From: Octopus sinensis
Taxonomy: Eukaryota
Assembly (NCBI RefSeq): GCF_006345805.1
Contig: NC_043003.1
Coordinates: 21,762,001 to 21,826,000, forward strand
Direction: 5' to 3'
DNA: 64,000 nt
The notes under the pieces are model-generated. The model ran no database searches, was not told the origin of the DNA, and saw only the letters and a program-made list of their open reading frames with translations. A program made the position numbers and the translations under genes. Numbering within the stretch: position 1 is the stretch's first letter; every line of letters begins with the position of its first letter. Shown piece by piece: positions 25,680 through 38,142 of this stretch.

Positions 25680-26870
25680 GCCTCAAGGAGGCAAAGTGGC
25701 TGAGTTCCTTTCGAGTGTTGGGCCTCAAGGAGACTGAGTTCCTCTGGAGCATTGGGCCTAAAGGCAGCAAAGTGGCTGAGTTCCTTTCGAGCATTGGGCC
25801 TCAAGGAGACTGAGTTCCTCTGGAGCATTGGGCCTAAAGGCAGCAAAGTGGCTGAGTTCCTTTCGAGCATTGGGCCTCAAGGAGACTGAGTTCCTCTGGA
25901 GCATTGGGCCTAAAGGCAGCAAAGTGGCTGAGTTTCTTTCGAGCATTGGGCCTCAAGGAGACTGAGTTCCTCTGGAGCATTGGGCCTAAAGGCAGCAAAG
26001 TGGCTGAGTTCCTTTCGAGCATTGGGCCTCAAGGAGACTGAGTTCCTCTGGAGCATTGGGCCTAAAGGCAGCAAAGTGGCTGAGTTCCTTTCGAGCATTG
26101 GGCCTCAAGGAGACTGAGTTCCTCTGGAGCATTGGGCCTAAAGGCAGCAAAGTGGCTGAGTTCCTTTCGAGCATTGGGCCTCAAGGAGACTGAGTTCCTC
26201 TGGAGCATTGGGCCTAAAGGCAGCAAAGTGGCTGAGTTCTTTCGAGCATTGGGCCTCAAGGAGACTGAGTTCCTCTGGAGCATTGGGCCTAAAGGCAGCA
26301 AAGTGGCTGAGTTCCTTCGAGCATTGGGCCTCAAGGAGACTGAGTTCCTCTGGAGCATTGGGCCTAAAGGCAGCAAAGTGGCTGAGTTCCTTTCGAGCAT
26401 TGGGCCTCAAGGAGACTGAGTTCCTCTGGAGCATTGGGCCTAAAGGCAGCAAAGTGGCTGAGTTCCTTTCAAGCATTGGGCCTCAAGGAGACTGAGTTCC
26501 TCTGGAGCATTGGGCCTAAAGGCAGCAAAGTGGCTGAGTTCCTTTCGAGCATTGGGCCTCAAGGAGACTGAGTTCCTCTGGAGCATTGGGCCTAAAGGCA
26601 GCAAAGTGGCTGAGTTCCTTTCGAGCATTGGGCCTCAAGGAGACTGAGTTCCTCTGGAGCATTGGGCCTAAAGGCAGCAAAGTGGCTGAGTTCCTTTCGA
26701 GCATTGGGCCTCAAGGAGACTGAGTTCCTCTGGAGCATTGGGCCTAAAGGCAGCAAAGTGGCTGAGTTCCTTTCGAGCATTGGGCCTCAAGGAGACTGAG
26801 TTCCTCTGGAGCATTGGGCCTAAAGGCAGCAAAGTGGCTGAGTTTCTTTCGAGTGTTGGGCCTCACGGAG
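25680..26870 (+). repeat. 76-bp minisatellite, about 15 near-identical units, in xylA intron 1
   Basis: Unit gggcctcaaggagactgagttcctctggagcattgggcctaaaggcagcaaagtggctgagttcctttcgagcatt. Starts step by 76 from 25720 (two 75-bp units at 26176 and 26251). Confidence 0.97.
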
Positions 26871-27154
26871 GCAATGACTGAGACTTTTGGCATTATGTCA
26901 TGCTTGAGAAGACCCATCAAGCCAAGGAAAATCGCAGTCATGGCAGATATGGGTGTCACACAAATAGGCCCCAGTGCCAGTGACATGTAAAAGCACTCAT
27001 TACACTCTCGGAGTGGTTGGCGTTAGGAAGGGCATCGAGCCATAGAAAACCATGCCAAATCATTTGGAGTCTGGTGCAGCCTTCAGCTTACCAGCCCTAG
27101 TCAAACCGTCCAACCCATGCCAACATGAACAACAGACGTTAAATGATGATGATG
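26855..27154 (+). mobile_element. RTE-tail-derived, (GAT)n-ending repeat (family C); representative copy
   Basis: gggcctcacggaggcaatgact...gagaagaccc...gtggttggcgttaggaagggcatc...acgttaaatgatgatgatg. Many copies in both orientations across the window (e.g. 1130, 2795, 6873, 9060, 45230, 50230, 61690, 63595). Confidence 0.8.
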
Positions 27155-29172
27155 AATCTAAATGCTAAAGGATAAATGTCTTTCACAGGACATTACAAAA
27201 ACAATTAGTGATGTAAGAAAACCAGTTCTGATTGAGAACTGAAAACATAGTTACAGACTTGAACACAGAACAATGAAATGTCTTCTGTAGGTCTCTCCAA
27301 AAACCTAATACAAGCCTCGTATAACATGACCCCTTTATGTTCTTTGATAATGAACCCTGAGACTTTATGAGAGAAAAGGATTAGAGTAGCTCCTAAGTTT
27401 TCGTTACAAATCTTAAAAAACAAAAGAAAAAGGAACAAAGAAACTTTTATACATCTGGACGATTGAAAAACGATCTGGGGTTCCTAACAATTTTTTTAAC
27501 AGAAAAATTAATGAAATCCATTATAAATGTGAAAAAAAAATTAATGATCCGTAATTAAGTGCGAGTTGTCTACCTTTAGGTTAAATAGCTAACCCTGACA
27601 TTTACAGGCAATTTGTAACGTAAACAAAGTGACATTTAATGACTAACAAGAGATACAAAACCGGGTGATTTGCCGACGATTCTAAGTACTTGTCATTACC
27701 AACAACATGAATTTGCATATTTTTTAAAGTTCACCATCTCATTGAGAAGTTATGTTTAACCAGACGTCAACCCCGACTTGGCAACCCTACAATCAAAGGT
27801 GGTCCAGTCAGACCAAAACAGTCTTTTTTTTAATGAGATTATACTGCCCAATGTATTTCTTATTTAAAACAGTACGAATATGATTTGAGGATAATTTGGC
27901 TGCTATTTCTTGCAGATCGACAGAATATGTATAATAGGGGTGAAGGACCCACCATCAACATGGAAATAACCCTCAAATTAAATTCTCTTAAAATCTATAT
28001 AAAAAGACCTTAAGACAAAAACAGTAATTTAACATACGTTTCATAGCAAGTAAAGATAAAATTAAAGATCCGCTATTTTACTCAGTACAAATGGACCATA
28101 ACAAGTTCTTATGCACCCGAAATCTACTCCGGGTGCTAACAATGTTCACTACTCTTGGCGTAGAGACACCGAAGATGTTTCAGAAACGAATGTTAAAAGT
28201 GGGTGGTTATTACATCTACATAATTAAAGATGGAATTTAGAGATCTTATTTTAAAGTCGCTGCGGTTAGGATTGAAGGAGTAAAACAAGTTTAGTTAAAG
28301 GCGACCATTACCATCTATCTTCTTTTAATTGAAGATGTATAGACAACAAAATTTAACGACTACGAATGGTGGATTAAAAGAACCGTGGGAAAATGCTGGT
28401 AGTTTAATAGCTCCAGAATTTACGTTGTGCGTGCAAATCACGCCAGGATCAACTTTGTCTTCCATATTTCCTGGGCCGGTAAAATAAAGTGCTGCGAATG
28501 ATTTGATATTTGTACGAAGCATCCTAGATATAAATGTAATTATAGCACAAAGCGAGAAGACGAAACTAGGTCGACAGTTGGATATTTAATTAAATTAAAT
28601 AATTATTATAGAGAACAGAATTACTGAGGCGTGATGCTAATGCCCTTCCGAATAGCACAAATAAAAACAATAATAAAGCAATTTCTGAAATTAGGTACTA
28701 GCATGGCATGGGATAAAAATTAAAAAGAAACTATACTGCCAACGTTTACGGCTTTTGATGCGTTTTGCAAGGCCGTCTTAACAGCGTTAAAGGTTCGTGG
28801 ACAACTCAGCGCACTGGGCCTTATTTATTTATTTATTGACAGCAAGCTACAGCATACACAAAATAAAGTTAGACCTCCTTGAGCTGTGAGGTCTCGGACA
28901 ACTGTCCAGGTGCCCGTGTCTAAAGATGGGTACTGGCTTTAGGAATATTTAAAAAAAGAATCAGAAACTATTTGTTAAAGTATATGGAAACAAACAAACT
29001 GAGAATTGCTATAAGTACATTACGATAATTGAAAATCATTTATAAATATAAGAAATCAATGAAATATTACAAAGAAACATGAGAATCATAACGGGTTGAG
29101 TGCAATAAATGCTAAGAGTATTTAAAATTTACAGTATAAAAACACAAAAAACTTCGATAAAAATCATATTAC

Positions 29173-29257
29173 CAGGGAAGAAGACTGCATCGGGTTTATC
29201 ATAGCTCTCAGAGCAAATTGATTTTTTATCGGCGCTTGTTGGTGCGAAAGAAGACAT
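29173..29257 (-). CDS. xylA: xylose isomerase exon 1 (MSSFAPTSADKKSICSESYDKPDAVFFP-G), 85 nt
   Basis: ATG at 29257-29255. Ends ..FFP G|gtaata, matching the YF-P/G start of XI. Phase 1 fits exon 2. Confidence 0.85.
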
Positions 29258-29420
29258 GATCAGAGACGAGCAGTCAATTAACAAGAAATTTAAAACTTGT
29301 TTAAAGAAGTGAAGTGATAATAAAAAAACAAGGGAGGTAACTACGGTACTATAAATATAAAATCTTAAATTCTCTTTCTCTGATAGCATTATCGCAAAGT
29401 TGGGGGTGGGGCATAGTTGT
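29258..29420 (-). promoter_or_regulatory. Putative 5' UTR / proximal promoter of xylA
   Basis: Immediately upstream of the exon-1 ATG, within a zone that visibly retains CpG dinucleotides. TSS not determinable from sequence. Confidence 0.35.
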
Positions 29421-30339
29421 TTAGAGCTAACTCAACACTTGACTTGTACTTGACTTTTATCGACCCTAGTAAAATGAAATGTCATGTCGACCCCGACGAA
29501 AATTGAACTCGGGAAGTTTTATGTATTCGTTTACTTTTGACTAGATCGCAGTTATAAAAGTTGATGTTGTTGGTACTAACCCCGCCTGTGATCTGCTCCT
29601 GGGTCTATGGCATAAATTTTCTGTTTAAAACGATCTAAATTAAAACCTTCGATCAAACTTTCGTGTAAATTTATGTTTCAAACACCAGCTTCAAAAATGA
29701 CAAAGTTGTTTTGCTAAATTCTTTATTGTTTTCGAAATTAAGTTAAACAAAGACAAAAATACGATAACGAAAGCGTTAACCACACGCTAATCCTTATTGA
29801 ACACACATACTAAAAGGCTTTCCAACTGTGATCAGTCCGTCTTTTGAGGTGTATCTAAAAATATATTAACTTTTAGACGCCTATATTGTATTATTTGGAG
29901 AAGATTTGGATGCTATTTTTATTGAAAGTGAAGGTTCCTCAACGAGTTTGTTAGGGAGATATTAGATACGTTGAAATCCATAAAGGGTTAAACAAAATGC
30001 CTTGCAGTATTTAATTAAGTCCATTTTCGTGTTCGAATCACATCGAAGTCATCAGTCATTTTCTCTGAGGTTAAAATCAGTACCTGTCAAATACTCAGGG
30101 TGATATCGACGACTATACTCTCATCAGAAAATCTGTAGCTTTTAGCCTAGGTGAGGAATTGATGTATTTCAAGAGGGAAGAACATATTTCAATGCTGTTA
30201 ATAGTGAATGTGAAGTGAAATGGAAAATGACTTTGTAGAACGAACGGGCGAAAGGAGAGGTGACGAATGAATGATTCCTTTAATACACCACACGGTCGCT
30301 TACAATAAAAGTAAAAATGGATAAATGAGTATGAGTGCC

Positions 30340-30394
30340 AGAAAGGAAAAGAAAGACAACACAACCGTAGAATGTTAAGAGAAATGTTTTTATT
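30340..30394 (-). terminator. Candidate polyadenylation site (AATAAA plus downstream GU/U-rich tract) of an upstream minus-strand transcript
   Basis: Minus strand reads cctAAATAAAaacatttctcttaacattctacggttgtgttgtctttcttttcc, at the end of a repeat-free GT-rich ~1 kb stretch. Confidence 0.3.
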
Positions 30395-33217
30395 TAGGTG
30401 TTAGCAGAGTGTGTGTGTGACATAAATACATATATAATGATAATAATAACAATAGACAGGCCGTCATGCATACAGAATGTGTATGTGTGTACAAACAAGG
30501 GTGTATGCATGTGAGATAAAATACAGAGCATAGAATGAGTCTATAACAGGACACTAGAAGTTCAGACACAATGAAGATAAATACCAGTGGTGGAATTTCA
30601 AGCTAACTAAATATTGATAGCATTTACCAATATTAACTGGTTTTCCCCGAGTCTTTATTCTAAGATGATTTGAAAAGATGTGTAGTGAACTCTAGTGAAC
30701 TTCCTCTCTCCATTATAGAACAATATGTACATATGAATGTAGCAGGTAACAGCTAACATTTCGGCTCTGTTTTGGACCATGTTGTGTCTACCACTCTGAT
30801 TGGTTGGTATTGGTGCAATTTGTCTCTTACTCTATCACAACTTTCAAATAAATCACATGGGACAGTCTGTTCTAAACTCCATCTGAGCCTACTGTTAGCT
30901 ATAAAAACTCATCTCCTCCTCGTCTCAAAGTCTGTTGGTTCCAAACCTTCTAAGGTCTAACCACTGACCACATTACAGCAACCTCCATCTTCATTGCCAC
31001 CATCATGTCTCTCACCAACATCGTCAACAACATCTCTACACAGCACCGACAACACTGCACAGGTTCTAACATATTGCTGTTTGCAAGCTTCCTCACCAGG
31101 GTTAACAGCAAGCATACAACCCACACAGATGCATGTAGATATATGAATAAATGTTCAACCATTTCCATTTATTATTCAGCTTGTATATATACGTGTGGCT
31201 GGCATTAAAGACATTTAAAGTTACCACCTTGTTCCATGTATTTCTTTATACTGTGTTCCTGTCAAATGATATTACAGCTTTTTGAGTAGAGTCACATTAA
31301 ATGGAATACAACCTATCCTTCTATAATGGTAGCCCGATGCAGCACACACTACAATTCCTTCTATAGATGGTCTGAAAAAGCTATGGCTGCTGTTCTTAGA
31401 TTATTGAATGAGAAAATGCAAGACTGAAGAATTAAGGAACTGGCTAAGTGTCAGAAGTAAAAATAGACTCAATGTGGATTTGAAGAGTAATGGATGTGAT
31501 GGTTAAGTGAAAATGAAATTGCTATACAATTTCCTTAAATGAACAAGGGCCTACATGAACAGCAAGGCTGAATAAAAACTAAAAACTCTAGGTTGAGCTT
31601 GAATACTGGACTTCCTTCCTATCTCTTGGAGGACTCAGCATTGTAAGATTACAAATATTTATTTAGAGTTTTTAAAGGGAAACCATGCTGAGATTTGATC
31701 TGCTAATTTTTTTGTTTCCATATTCACACCTGTAAGCTTCTTTCCTATAAACTTCACATGAAAACTTTCATTCAAGCACTATTTCTGATGTTTTCTAATG
31801 GACAATGTATTTGAAGTTTGTCTTCTTATTTCTTTACACTGAAAAGCCTTTTCCTTTAGCATACATTTTTTTTCCTTTCATATTTTTTACTTTGTTTTAT
31901 ACACACACTCACATTGATATGTATGCAAATATACACTTTTGTGCATGCATGTGCAAACATATTACAAGTATACATGTGACAGCAAATGGCTTTTTTCTTT
32001 TTTGCTTTTTCTTTGTTGATAGCAATTTCCACACTTTGCAAACTAGTTCATGTCAAATATGTGGTAGCACATGTATAAAACCTTGCAACACAGCAGTGTT
32101 CAATTTTATGCAGTTCACTAAGCATAAAACCCAACATAGTAACATTTTATTTACATTAATCTCAGCTCAGAGGTTTTCAAAAGTGATTTATCTACTGAGA
32201 AGGTTACCCAGTTTGGTGACAGCAAGGATGAGTAACCTGATAAAATCTTTAGGCATTCATATAGAAAGAAAGGGAAAATATCTTTGGCAGTTACACTCAA
32301 CATGGATGGTATGTGATGATTGACTTTCCTATGGTGGCCATCTAGCAGTTTCTGAACAGAGTACATCTTTATCTTTTACTTGTTTTAGTCATTAGACTGT
32401 GGCCATGCTGGGGCACCACCTTGATGAATTTTAGTCAAACAAATTGACTCCAGAACTAATTTTTTTTTAAGCCTTGTATTTATGCTATCTGTCTCTTTTG
32501 CTGAAGTGCTAAGTTACAGAGACATAAGCATCACTAACACCAGTTGTCAAATGCTAGTGGGAGACAAATATTGACACTAACGCACACACACACATGGGGT
32601 TCTTTCAGTTTCTTATTTCTTTATTGCCTACAAGGGGCTAAACAGAGGAGACAAACAAGGACAGACAAACGGATTAAGTCGATTACATCGACTCCAGTGC
32701 GTAACTGATACTTAATTTATCGACCCCGAAAGGATGAAAGGCAAAGTCGACCTCGGCAGAATTTGAACTCAGAACGTAATGGCAGATGAAATACTGCTAA
32801 GCATTTCGTTTCTGCCAGCTCGCAGGGTTTCTTTCAGTTTCTGCTGACCAGATCCACTCACAAGATTTTGGTAAAAGTCACTTGTCCAAGTCGCCATACA
32901 ACCAGGAACCATGTAGCTGGGAAACCTCTTACCACATAGCCATGCCTATGGATCTTTTACTTTTAAGCTAGCTAATTACCCACAAAAAAAGGGCAACACC
33001 CAAACAGGTGAGACTGATATGGTTGATGTTTAGTTTGAAAGACTATAAGTTGATTTATGCAGGAAAACTGTGAATAAGAAGGGAGTTTCAGGAAAATGCA
33101 CCTCAAGGGAGAAATGACTGATTTAAGTGTTTTGTGTGAATTCAGTTGGGGAGATGAAACATAATGAGAGTGATAGGAGGAGGAGACAAAAGTAAACAAG
33201 CAAAAATTAAATTTTTC

Positions 33218-33670
33218 ACTCATGAAATCTAAATATTCATATTAGTACAATGAAATATTAAGATCTATTAATATACATATGTATGTGTGTTTAATACATA
33301 CATACATACATACATACATACATACATACATACATACATACATACATACATACATACATACATACATACATGTATGCATGCATACACACACATATGTATG
33401 TGTGTGTGTATATGTATGCATATATCAATGTATGCATATATATACACACATACATATGTTTAGTACACGCACACATTTACATATGTATATGTATGTAAGT
33501 GTGTATGTATATATTTAGGTAGGTAGGTATGTGTGTATGTATGCATGTGTGTATGTATGTATGTATGTATGTATGTATGTATGTATTAAACACACATGCA
33601 CACATACATATGTATATTGATAGATCTTAATATTTCATTGTACTAATATGAATATTTAGATTTCATGAGT
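33218..33670. repeat. Near-perfect inverted duplication (fold-back palindrome) with (ATAC)n/(GTAT)n spacer
   Basis: actcatgaaatctaaatattcatattagtacaatgaaatattaagatctat... at 33218 is mirrored at ..33670. Confidence 0.95.
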
Positions 33671-35120
33671 ATGTAGGTATGTATGTATGTACTTATGTAT
33701 GTACTTATGTATGTACTTATGTATGTACTTATGTATGTACTTATGTATGTACTATGTATGTATGTATGTATGTATGTATGTAGGTAGGTAGGTAGGTAGG
33801 TATGTGTGCATCTATGTGTATATGTATGTATGTATATGCTTATATATGCTTAATACATTTCTAGAATCTCTTGGGACAAGTGAGCTGAGAAAGTAGCCGA
33901 GCTACGTAAAGCACTGCCCAATGCTTATAGAGGAAGCAACTACACTAAGTTGAGCATGTGATGTGAATGGATGATGACTCTATGAATTACCATAAGAAAT
34001 TACACTGCTTTCAATTAGAAGTGTTGTCAGGAAAGTCTGGAAGGAAGCTGGTACACAAAACATTGATGACATAACACAGAATTTCAGCACAAATTTTTTT
34101 TATCAGTGTCTATAGGACACCAGTGACAGCAACAATATGCCCTCAAATCATTATTTTATTCACTTCTCTAATTTATCAGCAACTTTGTCACTTTAATCTT
34201 TTGATTAACTTTAAGCTCTATTAGAGTTTGGACCTATTAAGGTGACAGACAAACAATCATTATTCACCAGAGCAACAAACTTCAGCCACAAACAACAACA
34301 ACAACAACAAATGATTGATAGCAAACACACAAATATGAATTGACAATTCATACTCGACATGTTCGGATTTTTGTATTTTTGTTGAAATCATATTTACTAT
34401 TTTGGTGGAATTATTTCAATGGCAGGTCAGTAATGTTCCTTGTTTAGTTAACAAAGATTTCTTGATGTTGTCATAAGTATTGTTCGGTTATTATCATGAT
34501 GTTTTCATAAACATATACATGTATGTTTGTGTGTGTGTATTCCATCTATATAGCTAGCATTATCTCTAACTTTGGGTCAAAATGCATAAGATACAAATGC
34601 AAAATGCATAAGATACAAGTCCAACACACACAACTCCACAAATGTAGAATGAAGTTATGTATATTACAACTAATGAAATATTTTGCATATTATAGGAGAA
34701 ATGAGTTAGAAATTGTCTAGTATGTGTCACAGCATCTTTATTTTTTCATATGCTCAGTCCACCAAACTTTAGAACCTGGCTATGCCTCTGAGTCCCAGGC
34801 CTACCAAAGCCTTGTGAAAGGGTTTAGTAAAAAGAAACTGAAAGAAGCCTATGTATGCACATGTCTGTTTGTGGGGGTGTTTGTATGTAACCTTGTCTAG
34901 ACATCACATGATGATTGTAAATAAGCATTGTCGTCATACAAGCTTGGTTGTTTGTCTCCAGTCTTCCTTGAAAAACATGTCCAGTTATGAGAAAATATTA
35001 CCTTGCCTGGAAGCAGGTGAGGGAAGGTGACAGGAAGAGCATCCAACCATAAAAAATCTGCCTCAAAAAGTTCCATTTGACTCATGGGAGCATGGAAAAG
35101 GTTATGTTAAATGATGATGA

Positions 35121-35152
<32 letters not shown>

Positions 35153-36540
35153 AATCAGTAACATACACACTTACATACAGTCACAATGCCAAATATATGT
35201 ATGTATCTATCTTTTCTCTTCAGAAACATAATGGCACTCTAGGGCCACAATAAAGTATTCCTTACTTTTTATGGTTTTGTTTTTTTACAAGAAACAAATG
35301 GAACTCGAACGTTTTGAGCATAATGGATCATTCCAAGAATCTTTCCGGGGTATGTTCTTATAACCATTTTTAGCATTTCAATAAATTTAAAATCCACCAT
35401 TAGTATGCCATCACATATAGAGTACATGCTCACATCTTAGTATATCTTCCAGTTCTTTATGCTCTGAGTTTGAATGTCACTGAGATCAACTTTACTTTCC
35501 ATCTTTTTGAAGTCAATAGAATAAAATACCTATTTCTTTACTACCCACAAGGGGCTAAACACAGAGGGGACGAACAAGGACAGGCAAACGTATTGAGTTG
35601 ATTATATCGACCCCCAGTGCGTAACTGGTACTTATTTAATCGACCCCGAAAGGATGAAAGGCAAAGTTGACCTCGGCAGAATTTGAACTCAGAACGTAGT
35701 GGCAGATGAAATACTGCTAAGCATTTCACCCAGCGTGCTAACGTTTCTGCTTCAATAGAATAAAATACCATTTAAGTACTAGGGTGGATATAAGTGCCTA
35801 CCCACTACAACTGCCACCGTCACCACCACCACTGCCACTGCCAACATCACTGCTGTCACTGCCACAGCCACTGCCACCGCCACCATCACCCCGTCAGTCA
35901 TCCCTACTACCCTTAAAATTGCTGGCCTTGTGCCTAAATCAGAAATCAGTTTATTGTAGGATATGAAGTTTGGAATCTTAGAATGTAAGTCTACAGAAAG
36001 ATCTACTTGCTGATCAGTAACACGAATAAATATGCCTCACCCAGCCTCCACATCCTAAGACAGTAATAAACATTTGAAAAGGTTTCTTGATGTATCCAGA
36101 AATGGCAGCCTAATTTATCTCAAAGATTGGCAGGACAGAAATAGAATAGACAATATCTAGCCCAGGTATTCATCATCATCAAGTAGATTTTAACACCTAC
36201 TTTTCCATGCTTACATGGGTTTGAAAGAGTCTAACTGAGGTAGATTTTTTTACAGCTGGATGCTGTTTCTGTTGCCAACCCTCACCTGTTTCCAAGCAAT
36301 GTAATATTTCTCCATACCCAGACATGTCCTCACAGTATGTAGTAAATGAATGATGCTGCTTGTATGACACTGACAATCACTTACAACTATCATGTGATGC
36401 CAAAGCAACATGACACAAACACACACACATATTCACACACACACACACACACACACCACACACACACACACACAACAGGCTTCTTTCAGTTTCTGTGTAT
36501 GAAATTCACTCACAAGGCTTTGGTTGGTCCCGAACTATAA

Positions 36541-36775
36541 TATATTTCTTTACTACCCACAAGGGGCTAAACATAGAATGGACAAAGAAGGACAGACAAA
36601 GGGATTAAGTCTATTACATCGATCCCCAGTGTGTAACTGGTACTTAATTTATCGACTCCGAAAGGATGAAAGGCAAAGTCAACCTTGGCGGAATTTGAAC
36701 TCAGAACGTAGCGGCAGACAAAATACGGCTACGCATTTCGCCCAGCGTGCTAACGTTTCTGCCAGCTCGCCGCCT
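36541..36775 (-). mobile_element. tRNA-derived SINE family B, near-complete young copy
   Basis: Head ggcggcgagctggcagaaacgttagc...gagttcaaattcc; tail gccccttgtgggtagtaaagaaata. Other copies at 13776, 18260, 32615, 35528, 48995 and 62793. Confidence 0.85.
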
Positions 36776-37222
36776 TTCTAGAAGTATAATAGAAGAGGTT
36801 CCACAAAGCGGGACTTATATTGGAACCATGTGGTTAGGAAGTAAACCTCATTGTTATAAATTCAATATTGCAAGATATTATTAACTTTACCTTTCTTCAC
36901 CATGGGTCAGTGAAATCAGTGTTAGTAACAAAATGAAATTGATTTAATTGTCATATACTTTACTCCACCACATCCCACCTCTTAAAAAAATCTGGACATA
37001 TGGCGACTGAAAAAAGAAATCAATGAATATTTATGATTTCTCTCTTTGTCCTACACACACTCTCCCCTTTCCTACCCCCTCTCACTTTTACACTTTTTAC
37101 TTTTTGTTCGTTTTTCTTTTCACTAGGACCTGAACCAAATTTAGCCAGGCAGTTATACGATGAGACGCCAATATTCATAATAGGAAGTAAGTTAAAAAGG
37201 ATATTTTATACATGAAAATGAA

Positions 37223-37950
<728 letters not shown>

Positions 37951-38095
37951 CACACAGATAAGAGTTGTAATGCTCTTCTCTACTAGGAGACTGAGGCATG
38001 TGCATTTAGATGCACCAGTGAGATGTATAAATGTGAATAATAAAATTACTTTTCATCTCTAAACATGCAGTTTGATAGAATGAAAATACACACAT

Positions 38096-38142
<47 letters not shown>

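Larger units (their letters stand above)
25490..27175. mobile_element. piggyBac-like MITE (ttaaccctttagcatt...aatgctaaagggttaa family) interrupted by the repeat at 25676-27154
   Basis: Left end ttaaccctttagcattt at 25490; body continues after the insert as aatctaaatgctaaaggataa. Uninterrupted relative at 39060-39274. Confidence 0.7.
718..29257 (-). other. xylA: Xylose isomerase (class II) gene span, 14 coding exons in window, 3' end incomplete
   Basis: Spliced translation (432 aa) contains [62 protein letters not shown]...GWDTDEF, GGLNFD.KVRRES, HIGAMDTFA and ERYSSFDSGIG, the class II XI motif series in correct order. All junctions are GT-AG and phase-compatible. Confidence 0.97.

Noticed and set aside
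25680-26870. CRISPR-like array
   Set aside because: Units are contiguous and identical with no unique spacers, there are no cas genes, and the context is eukaryotic and intronic. It is a minisatellite, and its ORFs are repeat artefacts.
28325-28522. ORF near the xylA 5' end as an alternative first exon
   Set aside because: It derives from a decayed family-B SINE segment (KVDPGVIC.. = aaagtcgacc..ggaatttg) with no XI similarity.
28768-28928. hAT-type MITE (caaggccgtcttaa...aaagatgggtactg)
   Set aside because: Termini are too degenerate and no matching 8-bp TSD was found.
718-29257. Recent bacterial HGT or contamination as the source of xylA
   Set aside because: At least 14 spliceosomal introns filled with host SINEs; xylose isomerases are known from other eukaryotes.
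31805-32323. 172-aa plus-strand ORF
   Set aside because: The first half is translated T-rich and microsatellite sequence; no recognisable domain and no supported splice partners.
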